Shown here: positions 37,192 through 50,266 of the stretch, one piece after another
Position numbering within the stretch: the stretch's first letter is position 1
Layout: every line of letters begins with the position of its first letter
From: Dimorphilus gyrociliatus
Taxonomy: Eukaryota; Animalia; Annelida
Assembly: GCA_904063045.1 (NCBI GenBank)
Contig: CAJFCJ010000010.1
Span: 620,001 to 684,000, forward strand
DNA: 64,000 nt
Direction: 5' to 3'
Made by a program: the position numbers and the translations under genes
The notes under the pieces: model-generated
Database searches by the model: none
Told to the model about the DNA's origin: nothing
What the model saw: only the letters and a program-made list of their open reading frames with translations

Positions 37192-40100
37192 AACAAATGT
37201 AAAAAGTAGAACTAAAATAGAATCGGAATGAAAAAGAGAATTTCTTTTAAAGGGGGAAAAATAAAAGGATACAACAATAAAACATTTAAGAAGATGGAAT
37301 CTTTATTAATAACAGTAACAAGACATTTTTTAAAAAGATAAACAAGAAAAACTTTCAAACAAACAAACAAAAACGAGGAAAAGTCAACAATAGCAACTTT
37401 TTTTTTGTTTATCCAGTAGAGAATGTTTATATTTTCGATTGAGTGTTCTTAGTGAATGGCTACTTTTATCATTGGTTAAGAGGCTACATACCTGACAAAA
37501 TTCCTTTTTCATCTGATTTATGAAGAAAATAAGAGAAAAAACATCAAGAACATGAGCCTAGTTCTTTTTTTATTCTACACTCTATTATACAGTACATATT
37601 TACAAATAATATGGCGTATAGTATTTATAAGTCTTGTACTTTTTGGCAAATTTTTAAATATTCTCCTATTTTCTTTTTTTCTTCTTTCTTAAATGAAGCG
37701 AGAACAATTGTTTTATTTCTCTATAGATTCCTGCAATCTTTTTGTTTTCCTGCAATATATACATACATTCGTATATTACAAGTATACAGACAAGTCTCTT
37801 TCATTTATATAAACAATGTATGTATATTTTTTATGTGCATAAATTATATCAAGTTTTGTTTTCTTAAAACTTTTCTTTCCTGTAAAATGACTATACAGTA
37901 TATATATATAGAATATATATATATATATATGCATAAGTACTAACATTCTCTCTTCTTTCTTTTTATGTTATTGTTTTAGTCTTAAATTCTTTGATTATCT
38001 ACCTCAGTATTGGGTGAGGAAGTTGTGATAGCATCTGCCTTATGAGCCCGCTCAATTAAGCATTATAATGTATCTGTTTAGACAAACAAAAAAAACAAAA
38101 AAAAAACAAACAAAAGCAAAAACGTAAAACGAACTTATTTAGAAAGAACTTTATTTGACAAAGGGGTTAAATGTGAAATAATTATATGTATATAACAATC
38201 CACATTATATATATATATATAAAATTTATATACAGTATATATATATCCATATATATACTAGTTTTCCTCCATTTTTTCTTCTTGTCTAGTCGCCATTTAT
38301 AAATTTTTTTTGTTTTTCTTTTGTCTTCTTTTTCGTCAATTTTACATTTCTCTTGTAATAGACAAAAAAAAGATTATTTCATTTTTCTGCAGCTTTGTGT
38401 GCCATTTTTTTTAAAAAAAAAAAAATATTAATAAATATATTTAAATGTAAAATAACAAAGAAAATATATTTGTTATATTTTTTTGACTTTTGTTTTATTA
38501 TTGTAAGTTTATTCTTTTTCTGTTCTTTTTGTTTATAATCTTCTTTTTATTTCTTCTTATTGTGCCACTTTTCTCAAGGTTATTAATATTAAAAATATAT
38601 AAATATATACATTCATTATGAAAAACCATTAAAATCATTGTATAAATACTATTTTTATTTCTTATTTTAACTAATTAGGATAAAAATTAAATAATTAATG
38701 GAGAATAGAAAAAAAAATAACTTTTTTTTATTTCCTCCCTTTCCTCTTTTTACCTTTCCGCTTCCGCATTTCCTCCTTTCCACTCCCTGTCCCCCTCCCC
38801 TTCCAATATCATTTTCGCATCATCCATCTTTCTACTCCCTCGTCTCGATTCTTTAAGAAAGCGCATGTCAATTATAAATATCATGGACATATTGCAAGTG
38901 AAAGTTAAGTTAAATTATCATTGTTATAGGAGAAAAACGTGAGAATTTACACGAACAAATAAATCTTTGAACCCATAGTTTACATGTAACAATCCATTGA
39001 TATACTTTAATATATACTATACATATATATATATATATATATATAAATATACAGTATATGTATACATTAATATATCGTATTACTGTTTTTTGCATAAAAT
39101 ACTAGAAGCTTTGTATGTATTTTTACTGTTTTTTTTCTCTATTTCTATCTATGTATACCTCTTTTTACTATATCTCAATAAAACTTTAAAATAATAAAGG
39201 TGAAAATTAACAAAGGAATTATAGAAAAAGAAAATCTCTGTTGAATTATTCTTTATTCAATCTTACTTTAATACAAAATTGATGTTATAAATCTCTTTTT
39301 CTATTTTATATAAATTTATAAAGGGAAAAGTATTCCCTAGTTTTAGTTCTTCTATAGAAAATATCTATTTTTCCTTGCTAGTCAGCTGTAAGAATATTGC
39401 GATAGAAATAGGTCACAGACTAAGGACAAACTAAGCGGATTCAATCCTAGTAGTTAAGATTAAAAAAAGTATGGAAAAGAGGGCAACGTGAGGGAGAGAC
39501 GGGAAAAAAAAGAGTTTGCTTTTATTTTTTTGCCAGAGTATTTCACACCGTATTCTCACGTATTAGCTTTGATTTATAACCCTTGAAATGATTATACTGT
39601 ATTATTTACTTATTTTAGTAGGAGGTCAGGTCGATAGTCCGAAAACAGAGAATTTATATAAGATATAAGGTTGAAAAGGAAGGAAATCTATAAGGATAAT
39701 GAGTAGGAGAAGGGAGAATTTAATAGTCATTCCCGACTTGGTTAATTGAAGATAGTATGGTATTTTCGTGCGGAGGATACTGTTTTCTACTTTTTCTATG
39801 TTACGTTCGCGTGATTCTCTTCCAGATTTTTTTCTTTTATTCTTTTTATATCTTTCTCTCTTTTGCTTAAAACTATTCAAAAATTTAGCAATAGTTGAAT
39901 AGACCCATTCATAAATTTCGTACTAATAAATAGTATAGTAAGAAACAATAGCATAACAAATACAAGATAACGATTAATGCTTTTCTCTCTTTTATTATCT
40001 TGGTTACAACTGCAAATTGATAAATTGAAACCTTTTGAAAATTTTGCCAACAAGCATGATTTTCTTTTTGATTAAAATACAATTTTTCAATTCACTGAAG

Positions 40101-41808
40101 CGTTTTAGATGATAAATAAATATGTAAGAGAATTCTTTCATTTAAGAAATAAAGGTTAAACAATCGAAATTTGTAAGTAAATATGAGTAAACAGTACTTT
40201 TGTTTCTTATAGAATAACATATCGTTATATATATACTTATGCCTCTCTCACGCCTATTTCACTTTTGCTAACAACATACTGATATTTCAATAGTGATGAT
40301 ACAGTTTCCTCCCCAAAGGAAAAACACGTATATCATGCACCTATATAAAAATTCGAAAAAAAGCAATAAGAAACGCCCTCTGACGCTTATACAAAAAATG
40401 AAAAGTGATTACTTAGTTCACTCTTAAAGGAAAGCATGTTTAGTTTCAATTTAGCCCTGTAAAAAGGTTGAAATAGACATGGATTTTATTGAGTGCACAA
40501 TTTTTTTAGTAAAAAAAAATTTATTTACTAATTGGTCTGTCAAGGAAGAATTCGGAATAATGGAAAAAAAGTAAAACTAGGGAATAATGAACCATAAAGA
40601 AATACTTAAATAGCTGTATAAAGTGATAAATGAGCTGTTTTTAGTATATGTACATTGATATACAAATGAATAGTAAAACTTTTTAAATAGACAAAAAAAA
40701 GGAAAATTCTAGGAAGTATTTGGTTGCATATGGTAAAAAAAAGAGTCAGGCATATCATAAAAAATGAGCTTATTCCTTATTCATAGTCAATTGTGATAGA
40801 ATCTAACGACCCTTTTGGGTAGAAGCTTTGGAATAAATTAGATAGTTAACTTATATTCTACTATTTGAATATAGTATGAAAATTGAATGTAAAATGTTTC
40901 AAAGGTTTTTCAAAACAAACAAGGAGAAACTGAATAAAGTAGACTGAAGGAGAAAGTTTAGTATTCACATATTGCGAAATAGTAAACATTAGAATCATTA
41001 TACTCCTCCTATTAGGTTATTTGAATATGAAAAGTAAGATATAGTAGCATAATCTATAGATTATATCTAAACAGTAAGCATTGTTAATTAAAACATATAA
41101 CTTACATACTATCTATAAATTCCCAATTGAAATCTGTTGTTTTCTTTATTTACTTTCTCTCTCTCTCTCTGTAAGTGAACTAGTTTTTTGTTAATTAAGA
41201 TTCCAAGGCTACTGAACTTTGACAGCTACACTGCTTCACAGTCGGCTCCTTAATTAATATATTTACTGGACAAAAGAAAAAATAAGAATTATTATAAAAA
41301 CTTTTACTCCTTTACTATCTAATTATCTAAAATTTAAAATAGGAAATTACTTCCTTAAACTCCTTTCCTTTATTCACATGAAGAGAATAATTTTTTCTCT
41401 ACTATAATAAAGTTATTTTGCTAAACTAGTTAATTATTTAAAAAAGGAGGCCGAAAATAGAAAATAAAAGTCAATTTGATTGAAAGTTTATTTATTTCTG
41501 AGAAAAAAAAGTCAAACTATTTTGTATTCTTTGATGGTTTAACGTTGATTTTTTGTTCTCTTTATTGGTTTTAAAAGTTTTTTAAGTAAAATATAAAGAG
41601 TTAAAAAGATGGAAACTGTTGGCATATACTATATTTAATAATAAATAATGATTTCTAATAGATATTATATTCAACATATAAGTTTCTTTTTTAATTTCTC
41701 CTAAAGCAATTGTAATAAGGAAAACCTCTAAATAAAAATCTTAATTAATTATTCTTCTAAAAGTAGTAGCTCAGCATAATATGATTCACATAATCACAAG
41801 CGCCATCT

Positions 41809-43015
41809 ATGTCTATTGTACCAGCTTCCTTCAACAGCACTTTACCCTGTCTTTCATTTCTCAATCGTATTCCAGCCATGAATCTATATTACCTACCCAA
41901 ATCTCAAGCAGAGAGGAAAGCGAAGCCAAAATCAACAGTAACCATATTATGGTTCTTCCTTTCGATAGCAGTTTCAGCTATTGCCCTTTTCAGTTTTCTC
42001 CAACCTTATTGGTATATTGAAGGTAGGACTCAGAACGCAATAGGTATCTATACATTTTGCGTAAGGGCTATTCAAGATCAATTTCTGTGTGGAAAATTTG
42101 GTAAAGATGTTAAATTAAATGGAATTTTAAGAACTGTTCATTGGACTTTCGGTGCTGGATCCGTTTTGATGTTATTTACGGCCTGTTTAACTTTGATTAA
42201 TCTATTCTTAAGGTCGGAAGGTTGGGTCTCCAAAAAGTTTGTTAACATATCTGTTGTATTCCAGATAATAGCAGGTTAGTTGAAAATCGCTAACTTAAGC
42301 TAGAAAGGTGTATAGTTGACGTTATTGCTTATTACACTATAAATTCAGATGACTTTTTGCATGTCGATACAGTTAGTTTAGGTAAAAAGGAAATAATTTG
42401 CAAATAGTTATATAACTTATTTACAAAGAGCAAATAACAAAAATTGCTTGTTAATAAATCCAATTAATCTCTTGTTGCAAAGTAACTTAAGTGAAAATAG
42501 AAGGATGCCTAAATGGTTAACTACAATATCGTTGTTAAGTTGAAATTTTCTACTCAATTTAACGATAAATAGACATACAACAAAGGAATTATGTAAATGA
42601 AACAAGATTTCTAATAGTTTTAAATAATTTTCTATACAATACCATTCTAAACGCATCTATAGAAATTATCTCTATTTTCTTACGTCTTTTACAACTAATT
42701 AATATCAGTCTTTGAAAAAGAGAATAGAAAGTAGAATAAGACAACGTTTAATTATTTATTAAGTCGTTAATTTATGTCTTTTCTTTTCGTTTTTTTTATT
42801 TATCAACAGTTATTCTACTATTAATTGGCTTAGCCCTAGTACCAGCTGGCCTGGAATCGAAATTCTTTCATCACTTTTGTTCAAAAACGAAACAATGTCA
42901 TATGGGTTGGACTTATATGATGGCTGTAACGGGTACTGCTCTGGCAATCTTCTGTCCAATTTTGGCAAAGTATACGAATGCTCCGTCATTCGTTACAGAA
43001 AGTATCGATGACTAA
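41809..43015 (+). CDS. LHFPL tetraspan family protein (LHFPL2/TMEM211-like), about 223 aa
   Basis: Exons 41809-42274 and 42810-43015 (672 nt); four TM segments; SFLQPYW, IGIYTFC...C, LVPAGL...FC...CHMGWTYMMAVTGTALAIFCP. Alternative ATG at 41878. Confidence 0.85.
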
Positions 43016-46000
43016 CATCCCTTTGTGTCTGTGAATAAGAAAAAAATGGAAAAATATGTAAATGAAACGGGGCAATAACTTTGGAATTCGTGAGCAGATG
43101 CTGACGCAGATTGAACGTAAATTTCCGGGCCGTCTTTCCGCCGTTGACGCGTAACTAACACGTTTTTCCCTATAACCGTCTTTTTTCCTCTTAATTTAAA
43201 TATTTTCTGATCTTCCCTATCTACTCATTTGTTTTCTTTCTTTAATGTTAACAGCATATAGCTGTTTTTTAAAATACCATATAACCTGATTTTTTTGTCT
43301 CTTTCATTGTCTTATCTGTCTATATTGTTTTCCTGTGTTCCTCTCTTCTCCTTTTTTTCCAACCATCTATTAATTAAGACGGTTTTTTGTCGTTTTAGTC
43401 GATAATTTTCTGTTTCTCCGTACTTTAGTTTGTTCGCCTCGTTGATTTTGTTAAGTGCAATCGATTACGCAATTATCCAATGTTTTTTGTTTGCCAACAT
43501 ATTTTTACTGTCGTTGAAAAACAACTTTCAAATATGAATTATTAAGAAATACTTTGATAGAGATATTTAGATTTTACCAGTATTTTTTACAATCTTTTTT
43601 TACAGAATATGTAAATATATAAGTATATACTGTCTATACTTTACAAACAGTATACAGTATATACAGTATATACAAGTATTAATCTATATTCATTTATCTT
43701 TGAATATTCGTTATAACATTTAATAAATAAATTAAATTAATTGATGATAAATGAGAATTATCATTATTATCATTATTATTATTATTATTGCAAATTGAGT
43801 TGATTTAAATGAAATAGAGAAAGAGATTTGATAGTAAGACATTAGTTTAATAGAAGTGAAACGTATAACTGCGGAAGAGGAGATTCTTGCTTATGGGTAG
43901 AAAATGCAAATCTAGTATAATTATCTTTAATCATAGGGGAATATATCTTAGCGTATCAATTCTAATGTTCCTGGAAATTCAAAGAGAATTACGTAAATCT
44001 CTTAATCCATCTAAATTGTCAAGCTAATTTCGTAATAGGTAACGAAGATGAGATTTTTCTAGAGTAATTAACAATCTAATTCCTTCAAAGTGACATTTAT
44101 AGTCTTTCTCTGTTTGAATTTTTACCATCTAATACACGGTATATAACAATGTATATACTATATACAGTATATAAGTCTACATACACCCACACACATCCTT
44201 ACTCTCCTCTCTCTTTCTTCTTTCAAAGTATACATTTACTGCTTAAATGATATAGTGTGTATATACAATATACTGTATAACTAAAACATACTACAACTTC
44301 TGCTAATGTCTAAAAGACTAGACAGATTAAGCTTAAATGAAATATGTATAATTTAATAAATCAAATGAATATTAAGGTTAGCTTACAGTCTTCTTGGAAA
44401 AAGATTCGCTTTTCCTGAGTGAAGAAGGCAAGATAATTTATATTATTATTTGAACTTGGGGAAATATGATAAAATATAAGAACTATACTGGAAAATTATT
44501 GCTACTTTCCCCTAAGTTTACACTCCATCTATATGATTATAAAAATTGGATATAAATTGATTGGTACATTTTCTTATCTGTGTGACATTTACAAAACTAT
44601 TGACCATGAAGAATGTATTCTTTACCCATCATTAATCACTTGTTACGCTTGGCACGATTAAATATATCATATGCTATTTAATATTGTACATTTTAGCTCT
44701 CTTTGTTTATATTAGTATAATGCTTATAGTAAAATAATTATTAATTTAATTTACATATGTAAATATATTCTCTTCTTTTAAACCAATAAATCTCTATTTA
44801 ATTAGCAATTTAACTATAAAAAAAATGTGTTGTACATTGGAATTCAATGTTTTGATGACATTTCGTATTTAACCTATTGCAGGAAGAAAGAAAATAGAAT
44901 TACGTTTGAATAGATTTAAATATTTTTTCACTCTATTCTTTCTATTTATTTTACAACTTTGAAAGAAGTTCATTGATAAAAACTTCCATAGAAAATTGTT
45001 TTTAATAGTATTCTTTAGTAATTCCTTTATAACTAATGATGAAAATGTTCCCTACCTATGAGTTATTTTTTACTTGACCTTTTTTTTTATATAGGGAAGA
45101 GTTTTTGCGGTAATACAGATACAACGTATATTGATTAATGCTAAACAAATGAGTTTCTATAAGAACTAAAGGAAAGCTTTTAAGTACTGATGAAATATTT
45201 TATTGTCAAAATGATTTGTCTAAGTCTCTTTGCATTAGTGCATATCTATATTTGTTAATCCATATAACGCCTCAAATATGTTACAATTAGACATATATAA
45301 TTATTTGAATAAATGAATATTCTTGCATTTTAATTACTCTGATATTTACTATTGGATTTCCGTCAAACCTTTTCATATATCTGGAATAAATTCACAGATT
45401 TGATTAATGTTTTCTGTTATCCAAAAGCTAAGCTTGTCTTTTCATGTGGGATTCCCTTTCTAAGGTTTGACACTGACTTTCTTATTTATTTTATCAGTTC
45501 AATCAGTTTCTAGAATACATCGATATCGTTAAGTAATACAACAAACGTTGTTATTAGAAAACTCCCTTCTGACGTTTTTCATATTTATCAGATAAAAAAG
45601 AGGAGGGTAAGAAGAGGAAGAATCTGTAAATTTTAATGTACGTAGTTACATGAATCGACATAGTTGAATTATCCTAAGAGAATATCTCTCTACAAATTGA
45701 AAAGAATGTGAAGATAGTGAATTATTATGAAACAAGTTATCCATAATTAATCTCCTACGGCAACTACCCTCCAGAGACTCTCCTAAGAAATTATAAGGAA
45801 AGAATCATAAACAAGTTCGTTATGAATATCCCAGATACCATATACTGCATATTCCTAAAGCACTTTGAGAATGATAATTCTTCAAGTTAATGGTATTTAG
45901 CCTTGTTAAAATCACTTCTTAAAATAGATATTAGCTTAGATATATCCAAAAAAATTGAATGAGAATAAGTTATAGATGCTAACGGGGAAATACAACTTAG

Positions 46001-48845
46001 ACTCTAAAACACTAAGGAAAAGGCGTCACGAGAAGCTAAGTCGATGAATGGGATTGATGATGCCAATAGAACTGGATAAAAGAAAAACGAGTTTCACGTT
46101 ATAATTAATAATTTATCGATATAACTAACATTTATGGAAAATGGATTAACATTTTTCAGTCTAAATCTATTATGGAACTTTTCAAATGACATATTATTTT
46201 CCTTTGTTCTCCTCCATTGAAATTTTTATGTATTTTTAATAAAAGTTAATCTTCATCACTTGTTTATCTCCCGCAACAAGAACAGAATTAATCTTAAAGC
46301 CAACTAATCGAAGTTTACTGACCTTATTGTCGTTTTTTGACAAAAAAGGGAAAAATTACTTTCTAAATCTTTAGTAATCTATTTTAACTGTTTGGAAGAC
46401 TTGTAAAAGACTAGAATTCTAAAGACGATAATAGAAAACAATCGACACAATAACGTTGTATACTATTTGCAGTATTTAATCAAAGATGTTGAAATATTAG
46501 TATCAAGAAAGAAGGTAAAAGTTGTACTCTATTTATATCGTTTCGGGGAATAGAAAACAGAGGAGAAAATATCTACATAAAACATCAAATGATAGAGATT
46601 CATTAATTAAAATTACTTAAACATATGAAAATAGTAAGGAAATATTTAAAATGCTATAGTTTATAAGTAGATATATAATATTTAGCTATTATACAATGAA
46701 GTCTTTAAATAGCTTCAACTTTTCAAATATATTAGTATTTTATATCATTTTTCAATTTAAACTAATTATAATAATTAAGATTTTACTATGTTCGCTAGAT
46801 TTTTACTATATACTTTATTGTACTCTCTCTTTCTTTAACTTTCCTTATTTCGATAATAGATAAAAGGTGAGGTAAGAGGAAATATGGACGAAATTTCCTA
46901 AATCACTATCTACTTCAAAGCAATTGTTCCTTCATCAATAAATATCACACTATATAAAGATTTTAAAGTGATTCTTCGTAGTGCTTTCATCTCTGCTATA
47001 AGTTGTCTGGTAAAGAATAGCTATAGCATTTATTTTTAATCATGTGAACGAATATTTTAAATGTTTCATTCTTCTAATCAATACAACGACCCACAAGAAA
47101 ACGGTAATGACTGATGGATCATCCCTTTCTTATGAAAATCATTAAATTTGTCTTTTTTAACGTATTTAAACATTTTTTAAACTTATTCTTAGTAAAAGCA
47201 TATGTTTGTTCTATTGCTAATTTAATTAAATAGGACAGAGTCTTGTAATGCCTTTTCAGTAATAGAAAAGTAAAATAAAATTGTTAATATGAATTCGACA
47301 GTACAGGTATAATTAAATATTTAAAATGCATTTTAAGTATAATGTAAATTAATTATTCATATAAATGTTTTAAAAAATAACTGTTAACTTAAATCAATAG
47401 TCCAATTAAATTAAAGTATGCTAATTAACTCGGTAATTTTCTATGTAATTTAACTTTTAGTAACTGATAAGATAAAGTTTGAAATTTAGAAATATATATA
47501 GTTTGTTCTATTCTTGATTGATATCTCGAATCTCTCTGTAAAAGTTCATCTATTTTATAGTGCTCTAGTCTAATTAGAAAACGAAAATATTGTATATACA
47601 GTATAAATTGGTGTTTTAACTATAGATGGCGTCAAACTTGCACGTATATGAAAACGTAATGAGAATAATATTCATTGAGGAAGCTAGAAAATTTTACAAG
47701 CTAAACTCCTGAAATAGATAATACGTTATATATAATCATTTCTTTCTCTCGCTCTCTCTGTTTCTCTATCTTATCTTTTGAAGTATTGAATTTATCACTA
47801 AATGAAAATTTTCACTCTTATAGATGCTTAGATATATTAATAAACGAATTTTTACTTGTAATTAAACTCATTAACAGTACGTTTGCGGAAACTGTAATAC
47901 TTTAATAGATTTCACTTCTATTGTTTGTTTCTTCTCCTCTTACCGTTGCATTCTTTTTAATAAATATAACATTTGTAAGAGCACTCCTTACGAAAATATT
48001 TAACACAGATAATTGGGCTGGTCTACTACGTTTTGGGATTGACTTAAGTCATTTCCTTAAGATGATTTCCTCTTCTATTAGATAGTGTAAGCAAATCTCC
48101 ATTTATTTGGTACTTTTCAGTATATTACTCTCGAAATATCTAATTCTATTCCTTAAAGAGGGGAAGAAACTGCGCTATTAGAAAAATAATCAACGAAATA
48201 CGGCCCTACTTAACAAATAGCTTTCCAGTAAAGATTTGTGGTGATTCGATCTGTTTGCCTATTAAAATTCGAAAAGAGCACGTAAGTCTGTATAAAAACT
48301 TTTAAGTGTAGGTTTTCTCTTGCAAAAGAATTTATTTATCAAAATGGAAACAAAACAAATTGAAATTCTCTATCCGTTATTGATTTAAATGTCAGAAAAG
48401 AAGTGAATGTCATTTTTCCCTTTTACGTATCATAGATTATATAATCTTTAAAAATTTAGTGAAAAGCGAAACAAATTTTTTAACTAACTAGTCTTAATAG
48501 TTTTAACGGAAGATAGAAAGGAATGTTGAATTGTATCTTATTACACAAGTTCTTATATTGACTTCTCTAACAATATCTTTGTTTCGGCAATATACTGTAT
48601 ATTTTGCAAAAATATTCGCAAGGAGCATTGACCTATTGCCGTAAAGGAAAATTAAACAATGAAGAATTGCTATTAAATATTGTATTTTAAGTATCTAGAT
48701 ATGCCTATACTAAAAAACACTTGACATTTTTTGTTGATTTCATAATAGAATTTAAATAATAAAGTAATAAATGTAAAAAACAAACAAACATTATATTAAT
48801 TTGCTTTGCTATTTCCTACTTTAGCAAACAGCGATAAACGAAGAA

Positions 48846-50266
48846 ATGACTTCAACAGTTTATCAGTCAGGTAAAAAACAAACAAGGTCAACGAGATAGA
48901 GAAATTTTTAATTAGACAAACTCTATAATTAGACCAAAACCTTAATAATAAAAGTTACGGATATGGATTAGGATTCCAAGATGAAAATAACGATTTTGGA
49001 CATTCTTTTTCGGATAATACTATAAGACGTAGATTTATAAGGAAGGTTATAACTTAATTTATACTAATATATAATATTTTATATATTATTTGTTGGTGAT
49101 TTCTAGGTATTTTTAATACTTATTGGTCAAATAATGATAATGGTTGCTTTAGTATCAATATTTACATTTATGTAAGAAATAAATTCCAATTAATTGCTAA
49201 TTCTATTATTATAATATTCAACTTTTAAGCGAAGGATGTCATAGCTTTATGCAAAAGAATGTATGGTTAATTATAATATCTGGGTAAAAATTAATAAAAT
49301 AGAATACATAATAATTATAAATTAACTATATAATATGTATAATTACTAATACATTTTATAAAGATTATGCTATTTAATTTGTGCCCTAATTATAACATTT
49401 TCCGAATCTATAAGAAGAAATTATCCGTACAATTTCATATTTTTATTCATAATAGTAAGTTCTATACAGTAAAAATAATAAAAATATACGATAATTTTCA
49501 TTAATTTATCTATTTTATAGACAATATCCTTATCTATATTGGTTGCCTCCTTTGCAGGGTAATTATAAATATATATTTATATATTTTCATTAACTTTTAT
49601 ATAAAAATCTGCAAAATTTTACATTACCATTCATAGCTATTACAAGTATCATTCCATATTTATCGCATCCGGAGCTACACTTGTCGTTTGTCTAGTTGTT
49701 ATACTCTTTGCAATATTTACTAAAGTAATATCTTTAAGAAAACTTTGTTTCTATTATTATTGTTAATAATTATTCGTAATTATTAATTCTAAATTTAACC
49801 TTTACAGCTAGATTTTACTGCATGTACATCTCTAATTCTTATAGCTTTAGTAATTCTTATACTTTTTGGCTTTGGTATGTCAATGGCGTACGCTTTTTCT
49901 CCTATTGATAAAAGAACTCACTTTGTAAGTTTGTATTTATTAATATATACAGTATATACTGTATAGTACAGTGTTTGCTTTATATTCATATAAATCATAT
50001 AAAAACTACAGTACTTACAAGTTGTATATGGTTCACTCGGAGCTTTGATTTTTTCATTTGTAAGGCCTATAATCATATAATTAGATCATAAATGAAAACT
50101 GCTTTTGTTGCAGTTATTAATGATAGACATTCAACTAATAATGGGAGGGCGTCGTATGGAAATTGGAGAAGAAGATTATATATTAGCTAGTTTAATGTTA
50201 TTTGTTGATATAGTACAATTATTTCAATATCTATTGATGATTATTGGAGCTAATCAGAGCAATTAA
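48846..50266 (+). CDS. Protein lifeguard / TMBIM family (FAIM2/GRINA/TMBIM1-like), about 263 aa
   Basis: 10 exons: 48846-48870, 48933-49045, 49107-49171, 49230-49283, 49364-49454, 49521-49558, 49637-49724, 49808-49924, 50012-50059, 50114-50266 (792 nt). FSDNTIRRRFIRKVFLIL, RRNYPYNF, TKLDFT, DIQLIMGGRRMEIGEEDYILASLMLFVDIV with both TMBIM aspartates kept. The N-terminus may extend upstream (open frame back to an acceptor at 48824). Confidence 0.92.
49946..49965. repeat. Perfect 20-nt palindrome TATACAGTATATACTGTATA (two opposed TA-CAG/CTG-TA units)
   Basis: Seen directly in intron 8 of the lifeguard gene. Confidence 0.9.

Noticed and set aside
39435-39450. GGATTCAATCC resembling a tRNA T-arm
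   Set aside because: No acceptor stem, D-arm or anticodon arm can be formed.
37611-39880. Several I/Y/F-rich ORFs (37611-37943, 38910-39095, 38997-39194, 39626-39880), and similar ones at 24340 and 28669
   Set aside because: Low-complexity AT/(TA)n sequence, mostly with TTG/GTG starts, and no splice or domain support.
45995-46070. Minus-strand acceptor followed by LLASSIPFIDLASRDAFSLVFRV*
   Set aside because: No upstream partner exons or recognisable family found.
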